Origin: an uncultured Spirochaetota bacterium
GTDB lineage: Bacteria > Spirochaetota > Brevinematia > Brevinematales > JAOACQ01
Direction of reading: 5' to 3'
NCBI GenBank assembly: GCA_963835575.1
Contig: CAWIGG010000004.1
Location: forward strand, 928,001-992,000
DNA: 64,000 nucleotides
Under the pieces are notes generated by a model that searched no databases, was not told where the DNA came from, and saw nothing but the letters and a program-made list of their open reading frames with translations. The first letter of the stretch is position 1. Every line of letters begins with the position of its first letter. Shown here piece by piece: positions 20,633 to 30,451 of the stretch. Both the position numbers and the translations under genes were made by a program.

Positions 20633-21055
20633 ATGAAAAAATGGGAACATTTTCCCCATATGGCCGATGCCGGTATAAGGGGCTTCGGCGGCAGCGTCTC
20701 CGAAGCCTTTGAGATGGGGGCGGTTGCCTTGACAGCTGTCATAACCGGTCCGGAAACGGTTAATGACGCCATGTCTGTTGAAATAAAATGCGAAGCCCCG
20801 GATTATGAATTTCTTTTTTATGAATGGATCAATGCCCTCATTTATGAAATGGAAGTACGGAACATGATATTCTGCCGGTATGAGGTTTCCATCCGGTCCC
20901 TTCATAATATGCGGCTCAAGGCGGCGGCTTTTGGAGAAGCGCTCGATCAAAAAAAGCACCGGCCGGCTGTGATATTGAAAGGCGCTACAATGACGGAATT
21001 GAGAGTCGAGAAGAGGAACAAAGTCTGGATCGCGCAGTGCGTTGTGGATGTTTGA
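20633..21055 (+). CDS. archease
   Basis: WEHFPHMAD.G, LKGAT, C-terminal VVDV; directly upstream of rtcB. Confidence 0.92.
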   Translation: MKKWEHFPHMADAGIRGFGGSVSEAFEMGAVALTAVITGPETVNDAMSVEIKCEAPDYEFLFYEWINALIYEMEVRNMIFCRYEVSIRSLHNMRLKAAAFGEALDQKKHRPAVILKGATMTELRVEKRNKVWIAQCVVDV

Positions 21056-21095
21056 GCTAAAAGCTGGAAGCGTGAATAATTTTGGGGATAAAATT

Positions 21096-22529
21096 ATGGA
21101 ATTAAAGAAGCTGGAAAAGATAAGCGATTATGAATGGATGATAAAACCCTTCGGTAATATGCGGGTCCCGGCGGTGATTTTTGCGTCGGACAGACTCATA
21201 GAACAGATGGATGCAAAAGTCTATGAACAGATCACCAATGTGGCCGGGCTTACCGGTATCGTCAGGGCGGCTTATGCCATGCCCGACGCGCACTGGGGTT
21301 ACGGCTTTCCAATCGGCGGCGTCGCGGCGTTTGATCCTGAGGAAGGCGGCATAGTTTCCGCCGGGGGCGTGGGATATGACATCGCCTGCGGGGTCCGGAT
21401 GCTCCGGATGGGCGGGATGAAGCATTCCGGCCTGGAAAAGATCAAGGAAAAACTGGCAGACGCGCTCTTTAAAGGGATACCGGCCGGTGTCGGCAGTGAA
21501 AGCGGCATCAGCCTGGATCATAAAGAAATGAATAAAATGCTGACTCACGGCGCGCGCTGGGCGGTGGAAAACGGCTACGGTTTTGAAAAAGATCTGGAAA
21601 GAACGGAAGAGCAAGGAGAGATGCCGGGCGCTCTGCCGGAGGAGGTGTCTGAAAAAGCCAAGGAAAGGCAGAAGGTCGAGGTAGGGACGCTCGGCTCCGG
21701 CAATCACTACCTGGAAGTGCAGGAAATAATGGAAGTTTATGACAGTAAAATCCTGAGCGGCTTCGGGCTCGAACCGGGCGACATCGTGATCAGCATCCAC
21801 TGCGGCTCGCGCGGCCTGGGCCACCAGATCGGTACCGAATTCCTGAGGGATATGGCGCTGAAGGCCGGCGATTACGGCTTGAAACTGCCGGACAGGGAGC
21901 TGGCATGTGCTCCAATCAATTCTGACCTCGGCAGGTCCTACATCGGCGCTATGCGGGCGGGGATAAACTGCGCTCTTGCCAACCGGCAGGTCCTGACGCA
22001 TTTTACAAGGGAAGTCATAAGCGGCATCATTCCGGGAATAAGTCTGGATTTGATTTATGATGTGTCGCATAATACATGCAAGGAAGAAACGCATGAAATC
22101 AAGGGCAAAAAAAGGAAGCTGTTTGTTCATCGCAAAGGGGCGACAAGGGCTTTCGGCCCCGGCTATGAGGAACTTCCGGAGGATCTCAGGGAATACGGCC
22201 AGCCGGTCTTGATCGGCGGAAGCATGGGCACGGCTTCCTACTTATTGGCCGGCACAGCGGAGAGCGAGGGCCATGCCTTCAGCTCTTCATGCCATGGCGC
22301 GGGCCGCGCCATGAGCCGGCACCAGGCGCTGAAGAACTGGCGGGGCTCGGAGATTGTCGACAAGCTGGCGAAAAAAGGTATTTTAATAAGAAGCAATTCT
22401 TTCCGCGGTATTGCAGAGGAAGCGCCGCTGGCTTACAAGGACGTGAACCGCGTGGTCGAGGATGCCGACCGGGCGGGCCTGTCGAAAAAAGCGGCGAAGC
22501 TTGCGCCGCTGATCTGTGTGAAAGGGTAA
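21096..22529 (+). CDS. rtcB: RNA 2',3'-cyclic phosphate/5'-OH ligase RtcB
   Basis: MPDAHWGYGFPIGG, GYDIACG, GTLGSGNHYLE, HCGSRG, HRKGATRA, SSCHGAGR, EEAP.AYK. Confidence 0.96.
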   Translation: MELKKLEKISDYEWMIKPFGNMRVPAVIFASDRLIEQMDAKVYEQITNVAGLTGIVRAAYAMPDAHWGYGFPIGGVAAFDPEEGGIVSAGGVGYDIACGVRMLRMGGMKHSGLEKIKEKLADALFKGIPAGVGSESGISLDHKEMNKMLTHGARWAVENGYGFEKDLERTEEQGEMPGALPEEVSEKAKERQKVEVGTLGSGNHYLEVQEIMEVYDSKILSGFGLEPGDIVISIHCGSRGLGHQIGTEFLRDMALKAGDYGLKLPDRELACAPINSDLGRSYIGAMRAGINCALANRQVLTHFTREVISGIIPGISLDLIYDVSHNTCKEETHEIKGKKRKLFVHRKGATRAFGPGYEELPEDLREYGQPVLIGGSMGTASYLLAGTAESEGHAFSSSCHGAGRAMSRHQALKNWRGSEIVDKLAKKGILIRSNSFRGIAEEAPLAYKDVNRVVEDADRAGLSKKAAKLAPLICVKG

Positions 22530-22559
22530 GCTTTTATGTAATATCCGATGCTTCTGCAA

Positions 22560-22658
22560 CAGACTGTGTGAAAAGTCGGTGTTTTGCATCGTAATTCTAT
22601 ATTTTTCGTTCCGTAACTTCAATAAATACGTGGCGAAAAATAGTTTTCACACAGTCTG
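22560..22658. mobile_element. 99-bp MITE with IS1182-like ends
   Basis: perfect 15-bp IR CAGACTGTGTGAAAA / TTTTCACACAGTCTG; CAA on both flanks. Confidence 0.75.
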
Positions 22659-22680
22659 CAAGCTCAGCACAAGTTTTGCA

Positions 22681-22905
22681 CACGGATAACGCGGATTAAA
22701 TGGATTCTCACGGATTATTCAAATATATGATTTTAAAGGAAGATGTGATGACGGGAAGACAAGGAAATACTATAAAATAGGAATGAATGCAAATAATGTT
22801 TTTTCTCCGTGATTTTCTGTGAAATCTTCCCATTTTTAAGCACAAAAGAACCATTTTTAATAAACAAATCCGCGCGAATCCGCAAAACCCGTGAAAATCG
22901 TGTGC
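22681..22905. repeat. inverted ~9-mer repeat arrays
   Basis: cacggataacgcggattaaatggattctcacggatt ... atccgcgcgaatccgcaaaacccgtg. Confidence 0.7.
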
Positions 22906-23036
22906 TATTGAGGTCGTCCTAAACAAGGGATCGTTTGGTTTAGTTTTTAATATTTCTCATTCCGCGAATCAATAAAATTGATTATTCAAACTCTTTTCTT
23001 TAAAATATTCCAGATTCTGTGTGTCGGATTAATAAA

Positions 23037-24143
23037 ATGAAACTCTTCATTAATTTTATAAAAAAAGAAAGCGTTTTCTGTGTTTTCTTCGGGCTTTTAA
23101 TTGTGCTCAGTATTATTTTCCCTTCTTCAATTCCTCAATTTCCCGGTTTTATCGATTGGAATACCATGATAACGCTGACAGGCCTTATTATTATTACAAA
23201 TGGACTGAAAGAGAGCGGGTATTTTGATAAAATTGCAGAAAAAATGCTTGTTCGTATCCATTCCGAGAGGGCCATAGCTTTATTCTTAATTTTTCTCTCA
23301 GCCCTTTTCTCCGCTTTTCTCACGAATGATATCGCGCTTTTCATTATCGTTCCGTTGACAGTAAGCCTGTTAAAAGAGCTGAAGAATGACCTTAAGAGGC
23401 TCGTGATATTTGAAGCTCTCGCCGTGAACGCCGGGTCAACCCTGACGCCGATCGGAAATCCCCAGAATCTCTATCTCTGGCATATATGGGGTATAAGTTT
23501 TCATGAATTCATCCTGAAAATGATGCCCTTGGCGCTTCTTCTTATTATCCTGCTTATTATTTTCACTATTCTGAACTTCAAAAATGAAAAGCTTGTCATT
23601 GAAGAGTATGAATTGGTTCAGAAGAATAAAACCCTGTTTATCATTTCATTTCTTTTGATGGGCGTTTTTATTATTTTTCTTGAACTGAGAATGGAAACGA
23701 TTCCTTTTATTTTGATCGTTTTGACTTATCTGATCTTTTTCCGAAAAACGCTTTTAAAAATAGATTTCTTTTTGCTGATCCTGTTTATGGTCATGTTTAT
23801 CGATTTTACTGTCCTTTCCCAGGTATCTATTATCAGGGGTTGGTTTCAAGCCTTGCCGCTGGGCAAAAGGGGAATGCTTTTTCTCATATCGGCGTTTTTG
23901 TCCCAGGCTGCCAGCAATGTGCCCGCGGCGATCTTTTTATCGAAATTCTCGAATAATTACCAGGCGATAGCGTATGGAGTGCATATAGGCGGGCAGGGAA
24001 TACTGATCGGCTCCCTGGCGAATCTCATCGCCTTAAGGCTTTTGAAGGACAAAAAGGCGTATTTTGAATTCCATAAATATTCAGTGCCTTTTTTCCTGAT
24101 CAGTCTGATTTTCGGATTTTTATTATTTTTTATTCAAAAGTAA
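23037..24143 (+). CDS. YbiR-like anion transporter (ArsB/NhaD/SLC13 superfamily)
   Basis: LTNDIALF, NAGS.LTPIGNPQNL, SNVPA, GSLANLIA; multiple TMs. Confidence 0.88.
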   Translation: MKLFINFIKKESVFCVFFGLLIVLSIIFPSSIPQFPGFIDWNTMITLTGLIIITNGLKESGYFDKIAEKMLVRIHSERAIALFLIFLSALFSAFLTNDIALFIIVPLTVSLLKELKNDLKRLVIFEALAVNAGSTLTPIGNPQNLYLWHIWGISFHEFILKMMPLALLLIILLIIFTILNFKNEKLVIEEYELVQKNKTLFIISFLLMGVFIIFLELRMETIPFILIVLTYLIFFRKTLLKIDFFLLILFMVMFIDFTVLSQVSIIRGWFQALPLGKRGMLFLISAFLSQAASNVPAAIFLSKFSNNYQAIAYGVHIGGQGILIGSLANLIALRLLKDKKAYFEFHKYSVPFFLISLIFGFLLFFIQK

Positions 24144-24221
24144 TCCGGCCGTAACCGCCATTCCTGCGGAGAGGCGGTATAAAGTTTTTGATAGGATTTC
24201 AAATCTTGCCGCTTATGAATA

Positions 24222-24611
24222 TTATCCGGCGAAATACTTTTTCATCGGCTCGAAATAGTAGTCGATCCAGCCCTGCTTATATTCATCGCTCTGGCCGGCG
24301 GGTATGTTTTTATGCGACAGGGTGAGCTTTGTGCCGGCTTTGGTTTCCTCAAGCGTAAGCTCAAGGATCGAGTCCGGGCTTTCAGGGGGGAATTCTGTCG
24401 TTCTCCACTTTTGAACAATTTTTTTGCCCGGAACCAGTTCGACTGTCGTCCCGGAAATATAGCCGTCCCAGGCCTTAAATTTACCGGTGACTTTAGGATC
24501 GATTTTGGCCGGGGATACGGTTATCTCACTATGAGTTTTACTGTCAAGCCATGCGGAATAGATCTTTTCCGGCTTAACCGGAAATACTTCGCTGATTTTA
24601 AACGATTCCAT
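24222..24611 (-). CDS. SRPBCC/AHSA1 domain protein
   Basis: IY.AWLDS..H, F.AWDGYI.G, IVQ.WR, GW..YY..P; start moved to MESFKISE because the longer ORF reads through a repeat. Confidence 0.88.
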   Translation of the reverse strand: MESFKISEVFPVKPEKIYSAWLDSKTHSEITVSPAKIDPKVTGKFKAWDGYISGTTVELVPGKKIVQKWRTTEFPPESPDSILELTLEETKAGTKLTLSHKNIPAGQSDEYKQGWIDYYFEPMKKYFAG

Positions 24612-24684
24612 AAAAGGCTCCTTGATTGGAAATATTCCGCAAAAACACAGAAAAATAATAATGTGAAGAGCCGGATAAAAAAGG

Positions 24685-24830
24685 CGTCTTTGCGAGCACC
24701 CTGCTTTCTCCTTAGCCGCTGACTTTAACGCGAAGCAATCTGTCTGCAAATAAAGTAATCTTCCTGGTTCGACAGATTGCTTCGGGCTATGGCTTTTGGC
24801 TATGTTGATATCTATTCCCTCGCAATGACG
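24685..24830. repeat. REP-like palindromic element
   Basis: nested IRs CGTCTTTGCGAG...CGAAGCAATCTGTC / GACAGATTGCTTCG...CTCGCAATGACG. Confidence 0.75.
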
Positions 24831-24877
24831 GCTTGCTATCCGCGTTCTTCCGTGCCATTCCATGGCTAACCTGATAT

Positions 24878-25882
24878 TTATGTCAAAGACACCAGCTTTT
24901 CATAAGTTGAGATGATCCTGTCCATCATTTCGTTTGTCTTATTGTTTATGACTTTTTTATCCGGATTGGCTTCAAACCATGCCAGCGTCCTCCTGATGCC
25001 TTCGGAAAATGGAATGACCGCTTTAAATTCCGGGACAAAGGATTTTATCTTGGAATTATCGAAAATCGCGCTTTCGGCTTTATCGCCCAGGAGTGTCCCC
25101 GTCATTGTATTGTCCAGCTTGCAGATAAAATCCGAAGGGATATGAACGATATCCGCCTTTTTGCCGAGGGCGTCCGCCAGGATCGTATAGATCTGGTCCC
25201 AGGTCAGTATTTCATCGGAAGTGATATGAAAGGAATGGCCTATCGCATGAATATTGCCGAGAAGGCCGGCGAAGCCTTTCGCGAAATCTTCCGAATGGGT
25301 CACGGTCCAGAGCGATTTACCGTCGCCATGGACTATGATTTTCCGGCCTTTGAGTATTCTGTCGGCGGTCGTGAATTCATTAAACCCGCCGATGGCTATG
25401 GGGATGACGGTTTCGTATGTCAGCGAAGGCCGTACAATCGTTACGGGAAAATTGATTTCCCTGTAGGCCAGATTGAGGAGGTATTCGCATTTTATTTTAT
25501 TTTTCGAATAATCCCAGTACGGGTTTCTGAGCGGCGTCGATTCGGTAATGACCGGATGGGACAGCGGCTTCTGGTAAACGGAAGCCGAGCTGATGAATAT
25601 ATACTGCCTCGTTTTTTCCTGGAAAAGGGAAATGTCCCTCTCGATATCTTTTTCAGTATAGGCGATCCAGTCCACAACAGCGTCCCAGTCGTTTTTCAAT
25701 AGTTCGGGAGGCAGACTTTTCGGGCTCGATATATCGCCTATGATCGTTTTTACTCCGTCGATTTTCATCTTCCGCGTTCCGCGGTTTAAATGATAGAGCT
25801 GTATGCCGCGGGCGGCGCAGAGGCGGCTGACCGCCGAGCTGATATTTCCGGTGCCGCCGATGAATAATACTTTCATTTTCAC
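24878..25882 (-). CDS. NAD-dependent epimerase/dehydratase family protein
   Basis: FIGGTGNIS, FISSASVYQKP, YSKNK, TIVRPS.TY. Confidence 0.9.
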   Translation of the reverse strand: MKMKVLFIGGTGNISSAVSRLCAARGIQLYHLNRGTRKMKIDGVKTIIGDISSPKSLPPELLKNDWDAVVDWIAYTEKDIERDISLFQEKTRQYIFISSASVYQKPLSHPVITESTPLRNPYWDYSKNKIKCEYLLNLAYREINFPVTIVRPSLTYETVIPIAIGGFNEFTTADRILKGRKIIVHGDGKSLWTVTHSEDFAKGFAGLLGNIHAIGHSFHITSDEILTWDQIYTILADALGKKADIVHIPSDFICKLDNTMTGTLLGDKAESAIFDNSKIKSFVPEFKAVIPFSEGIRRTLAWFEANPDKKVINNKTNEMMDRIISTYEKLVSLT

Positions 25883-25921
25883 TCTCCGGTTTTTATTTTC
25901 ATGAGACCAATCAATTCTGTA

Positions 25922-26419
25922 TTATTTTTTATCTACTTTTCCTTCAATAATTTTCTTGAATTCCTGAATTTCACCTTCATTATTAAAATATCTCAGGGGA
26001 ATTAAAACGGCGTAGTATGTGCCCATGGACAATATGATAAAATCATGGTAATACCGGACGCTTTTGATTTCAGTCCACAGGATCATGTGCTCCCCTTTTT
26101 CGCTTTTTGTGTTGATGCCTTCATCCTTTGCCTCATATTCCTGGTCCAGATTGAGCGTCTCGTCCGCCTCGAACATCGGTTTGATCCTGATATAGTAGGA
26201 AGCGAAAAGGAAGAGCGTGATGACAAGGCTCGCGGCTATGGCGACGGCGAGATTGGCGGCCAGCGGGTTAATACCGAACCTGCCGGCCAGAGACGATCCG
26301 AATTTGAACATGAAGCTTCCGGCGAAAAGCACGGCAAAAATCAACACATATCGTGTTCTGGCGTAAAGCAGATGGTAGCGCCTGTATTCCTCCAGGGTAA
26401 GCTTTCCTTTGAAAATCAT
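25922..26419 (-). CDS. YcxB-like membrane protein
   Basis: two TMs then W.EI......IP.RYF C-domain. Confidence 0.7.
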   Translation of the reverse strand: MIFKGKLTLEEYRRYHLLYARTRYVLIFAVLFAGSFMFKFGSSLAGRFGINPLAANLAVAIAASLVITLFLFASYYIRIKPMFEADETLNLDQEYEAKDEGINTKSEKGEHMILWTEIKSVRYYHDFIILSMGTYYAVLIPLRYFNNEGEIQEFKKIIEGKVDKK

Positions 26420-26447
26420 TTCTCATTTACCTCTTTTTTTAATTTGT

Positions 26448-27620
26448 CTAATGAGTAAAGAGCCTGATGCCGGTATGGAACATCACCATGCCGTATTCAC
26501 CGGCGGCTTTGACGCAGTCTTCGTCGCGGATGGAGCCGCCCGGCTGTGCTATATACTTTACATTACTTCTATAAGCCCTGTCAATATTATCCCTGAATGG
26601 AAAGAATGCGTCTGAAGAAAGGCATACGCCGTCAAACTGTTTTATAAAATTTTCTTTTTCTAGAGGATTGATAAGTTCCGGCTTTTTTGTGAGGCTGGCA
26701 GTCATGATCGTCTTTTCATTTTCCGAGAGCTCATCCCAGAGCAGGACCTGATCGACCAGATTGGCCTTTTCGGGTTTTTTGAGATTTTCCTTAAACGCCA
26801 GATCGAGGACTTTCGGATGCTGCTGGAGGAACCATTTGTCCGCCTTGGAACAGGCGAGCCTCACGCAGTGGACCCTGGACTGCTGTCCGGCGCCGGCCCC
26901 GATAACCTGCCCGTCATAGGCTATGCAGACGGAATTGGATTGAGTGTATTTCAGTGCGATAGTCGCGACAATGAGCGTCTGGAGTATATCCCGGCTGAGG
27001 TCCTTATTTTTCGTAACGATATTTTTAAAGAAGTTTTGATCGATTTTAACCGTATTTCTATTCTGCTGAAGTTTAAAACCGAAAAGCTCCCTGGTTTCAA
27101 TCTCAGGGCCGTCATAACCGGGGTCCATTTCCAGTATGAGGTAGCCGCCGTTCTTTTTTGTTTTCAATATTTTCAGCGTCTCAGGATCATATCCGGGCGC
27201 TATGATCAAATCAGACACCTCGGTTTTCAGGATTTCCGCCAATACTGCGTCGGCTTTCCCGCTCACGGCGGCCGCGTCGCCGAAGGCGCACATCCTGTCG
27301 CCGCCCCTTGCCCGCACATAAGCCGTCGAGACAGGTGATAAATCCGCTGTATCTATAAACTGGGATTTTCTATAAGTTTCTGTCAAAGGTTTCGCTATGG
27401 CCGCGCCTGCCGGGCTTGTGTGCTTAAATGAAGCCGCGCTTTCAATGCCCGTCGCGTCTTTTAGTTCTTTGACAAGCTGCCATGCCGATAAAGCGTCCAG
27501 GATATTGATATAGCTCGGCTTGCCGTTCAAAACTTTTAAAGGCATTTCCCTGCCGCCAAACAGTACTTTCGCGTTTTTCTGATGCGGATTACAGCCGTAC
27601 TTCAGTTCTAAAATAGACAT
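26448..27620 (-). CDS. purH: AICAR formyltransferase (short PurH lacking the IMP cyclohydrolase domain)
   Basis: begins at LKYGCNPHQ; FKHTSPAG, KYTQSNS, GQQSR, SDAFFPF, QPGGS.RD, R.FTH. Confidence 0.9.
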   Translation of the reverse strand: MSILELKYGCNPHQKNAKVLFGGREMPLKVLNGKPSYINILDALSAWQLVKELKDATGIESAASFKHTSPAGAAIAKPLTETYRKSQFIDTADLSPVSTAYVRARGGDRMCAFGDAAAVSGKADAVLAEILKTEVSDLIIAPGYDPETLKILKTKKNGGYLILEMDPGYDGPEIETRELFGFKLQQNRNTVKIDQNFFKNIVTKNKDLSRDILQTLIVATIALKYTQSNSVCIAYDGQVIGAGAGQQSRVHCVRLACSKADKWFLQQHPKVLDLAFKENLKKPEKANLVDQVLLWDELSENEKTIMTASLTKKPELINPLEKENFIKQFDGVCLSSDAFFPFRDNIDRAYRSNVKYIAQPGGSIRDEDCVKAAGEYGMVMFHTGIRLFTH

Positions 27621-27645
27621 AAATCCCCTCTTTTAAATTATTTTC

Positions 27646-28434
27646 TTAACCGATCCGCAGACAGCGCATGCTGAGCGAGCTGAACACTTCCTCATAAGTA
27701 AATGTGATTTCTTCATCATGTTCAGTCAGGGCCAGGCTGTACAATAAGGGCGCATAATGGTCGACCGTCGGGACAGACATCTGCGCCGCATGGCCCGCCT
27801 TTTCATAATGAATAAGGCTGTTGAAGTCCCTCTTATTGATTTTATCCGCAACCCATGCGTCAAATTCAACGGCCCAGTCATAAGGCGACAGGTCTTCTTT
27901 CGTATAAATCATACGGAGATTATGGACGATATTCCCGCTGCCTATGATCAGGACTTCTTTATTCCGGAGCGGCTTGAGCCTTCCGGCAAGGTCATAGTGG
28001 TACTGCATGGGTTTGTAAAAATCGATGCTGAGCTGAAAGCATGGAATATCCGCTTTCGGGAAGAGGTGCCTGAGTATGCTCCATGCGCCATGGTCCAGGC
28101 CCCATTCGTTATCTTCCTTAACCTGAGGAAGCAGTTTCAGGACTTCGCCGGCGTAACCGGGCGCGCCGGGCGCGGGATATATAACCTGATAAAGTTCATC
28201 CGGGAAGCCGTAAAAATCATAGATTGTTTCCGGCTTCTTATTCATACTGACATATGTGTTATCAGTCAGCCAGTGCGCGGATATGACAAGTACGGCTGAC
28301 GGCTTTTGTTTTAATTCCCGGCTCATTATCTCCAGGCTTTTTGTAAAAGGGTTTGCCTCAATCGCGTTCATCGGGCTGCCATGGCCGATAAAGAACACGG
28401 GCATCGGTTTGGAGCTTTGAATTTTTAACGGCAT
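27646..28434 (-). CDS. ygiD: 4,5-DOPA extradiol dioxygenase
   Basis: GHGSPMN, ISAHW, YDFYGFP, GLDHGAW, GSGNIVHNL, PT.DHY.PL. Confidence 0.92.
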   Translation of the reverse strand: MPLKIQSSKPMPVFFIGHGSPMNAIEANPFTKSLEIMSRELKQKPSAVLVISAHWLTDNTYVSMNKKPETIYDFYGFPDELYQVIYPAPGAPGYAGEVLKLLPQVKEDNEWGLDHGAWSILRHLFPKADIPCFQLSIDFYKPMQYHYDLAGRLKPLRNKEVLIIGSGNIVHNLRMIYTKEDLSPYDWAVEFDAWVADKINKRDFNSLIHYEKAGHAAQMSVPTVDHYAPLLYSLALTEHDEEITFTYEEVFSSLSMRCLRIG

Positions 28435-28671
28435 AAAAACCCCGGCTCGGTACTCTTTTCCGAATTACTGCTAATTACTGATACTGATAATAAAAATTAT
28501 AATCAAATGCATGTAAAAACTCAAAAAAATCGGAAAAATCAAAAAAAGCGCCGGCCCTTTTACCGGCCCAAAGCGCATGGCTTCCCTTTGAGTTAGTTAT
28601 AAAGCTATGCGTTAGATTGACAAAACCGGTCAATTTCATAATAATCTATATTATTATAAAAGGGGAATAAT

Positions 28672-30447
28672 ATGCTCGGGAAGATCAGCGTCCTGTTACT
28701 GATAATATTCGGCGCTTTAAAATGGGCCTATTCCGATAATATAACGCTCTGCTACCACCAGTTCGATCAATCACTCCGGAACATCTATTCGGTTTTACCG
28801 GATGTTTTTGAATGGCATGTAAACTATCTCCGGGAAAATAAGATCGATATTATCACATTGGACGATATGATTAAAGATTATGCGGAGACTCAAGCGGTCG
28901 GCACCAATGTCCTGATCACCATTGATGACGGCTGGACCAACAACTTGAATATAATGTCTTTTATTCAAAAAGAAAATGTCCCGGTCACAATTTTTTTGAT
29001 CGCGAATGGAAACAATGTCAGCAATGAATATTTTTCGGCTGCAGATATTGAGAAACTCAAAACCATTCCTGAAATAAGCTTCGGCTGTCATAGCTTCAGC
29101 CATATACCGCTGGTCCGTAAAAGTGATGCGGTTCTGCAGAAAGAAGTGGTTGAATCCCGGTCCATTCTGGAAAAGATGCTGGGAAGAAAAGTCGATACCT
29201 TCGCCTATCCTTACGGCGCTTTTGACGCCAGGACGCAAAAACTGGCGGCTGAAACTTATAATCTTTCATTCGGCATAGTAGACGGGCCTAATACGATCAA
29301 TCGGACCAGGTCCGATATCCGGAGGGATGTCATCTACCGGACGACAACTTTCGGCGAATTTATCGATCTTTTGGACAATATCCGCGGCAGACAGGCGGAC
29401 AAAGGGTATCATGTGGTGAATCTGGGCGCCGGGTCCGAAAAGATCCGTTATTTTAATTATGTTAAAGTACGCCTTTATGAGTTTCCCGTCAAAAAGAGCA
29501 AAAAAACCTTTCTTATCATTCCCGGGACTGCTATCGGCCCGGCCTGGTTTTATAAAACAATCGACAGCCTCACAAATTCGGGAATTCAGACCTGCGTCAT
29601 GGTCCCCAGAAACAATAATATACCATTCTGGAGACCGGACCGGGAAATGAGTGTGATCACCAACTGGACGCTGGATGTTTTTCAGAAGGACTTGAAAAGT
29701 ACGCTGGATTACCTGAATAAAGATGACCGGGATATTGTGGTTTTAACCTGGAACGATGGTTTTGACATCCTGGTCTCTACCCTTCTCCGCTATAAGGACA
29801 GCGGCTCGAAAATCAAGGGCATATTCGGCATCAATCCTTCCCTGCGTGAAGCCCCGGATATTAAAGACTTTTTCGGCAAACGGCTGGAAGATTACAACCG
29901 GAAGGTTTCGACCGGAGATTTTACAAATGAATCGCTCCATTTCTTTCTCACTGTCAAAACACTGTCGGATATGGCGATCCTGAAGCCGGACCGGATCAGT
30001 CCTTTTTCTTTTCACATGGGTTACGGTATAAAATCAAATTATGATCTGCTCAAGGCATTCATTGATGATCAGTCTGACCCGGACCTGTCGCTGGACAATC
30101 TCGATGAGGATTATACCATGAAGGAATTCCACAACGCTTTTTTTAAACCGCTGCCGGTATTCAGCATGGTCATTCCGGTGTCGCTGGAACGGGATATCAG
30201 CGAAATCTGGACCAATCGGTTTACATGGCAGGAAAAGCAGATTACCGGAAAGGAAAACCTGAAAATCCCCGTGTTTTATATCTATTCAACCGGCCATCAA
30301 ACCGCTTTTGCCCGGCTGACCAATACATTCAACGGTCTGGAACTGGAAGGAGACATTTATTACGAAGGGTTATCCACCGTGGAAATGCTTTTATCTTCCT
30401 TCGTTTCCGATGATGTTACAAATAAACTCATGAAATGGTTGAAATAG
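28672..30447 (+). CDS. exported polysaccharide deacetylase (CE4) fused to an alpha/beta-hydrolase-like C-domain
   Basis: signal peptide; LCYH, ITIDDG, HSFSH, FAYPYG; C-terminal half fold assignment tentative. Confidence 0.75.
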   Translation: MLGKISVLLLIIFGALKWAYSDNITLCYHQFDQSLRNIYSVLPDVFEWHVNYLRENKIDIITLDDMIKDYAETQAVGTNVLITIDDGWTNNLNIMSFIQKENVPVTIFLIANGNNVSNEYFSAADIEKLKTIPEISFGCHSFSHIPLVRKSDAVLQKEVVESRSILEKMLGRKVDTFAYPYGAFDARTQKLAAETYNLSFGIVDGPNTINRTRSDIRRDVIYRTTTFGEFIDLLDNIRGRQADKGYHVVNLGAGSEKIRYFNYVKVRLYEFPVKKSKKTFLIIPGTAIGPAWFYKTIDSLTNSGIQTCVMVPRNNNIPFWRPDREMSVITNWTLDVFQKDLKSTLDYLNKDDRDIVVLTWNDGFDILVSTLLRYKDSGSKIKGIFGINPSLREAPDIKDFFGKRLEDYNRKVSTGDFTNESLHFFLTVKTLSDMAILKPDRISPFSFHMGYGIKSNYDLLKAFIDDQSDPDLSLDNLDEDYTMKEFHNAFFKPLPVFSMVIPVSLERDISEIWTNRFTWQEKQITGKENLKIPVFYIYSTGHQTAFARLTNTFNGLELEGDIYYEGLSTVEMLLSSFVSDDVTNKLMKWLK

Positions 30448-30451
30448 CAGT

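Noticed and set aside
21102..22130. 342-aa antisense ORF and many similar shadow ORFs
   Set aside because: They lie opposite well-supported genes and have no motifs; a codon-bias artefact.
24612..24863. N-terminal extension of the SRPBCC ORF
   Set aside because: It is a translation of the palindromic repeat; a start with RBS exists at 24611.
27621..28671. ZTP riboswitch for purH
   Set aside because: Only 25 bp lie upstream of purH, and no recognisable motif was seen upstream of ygiD.
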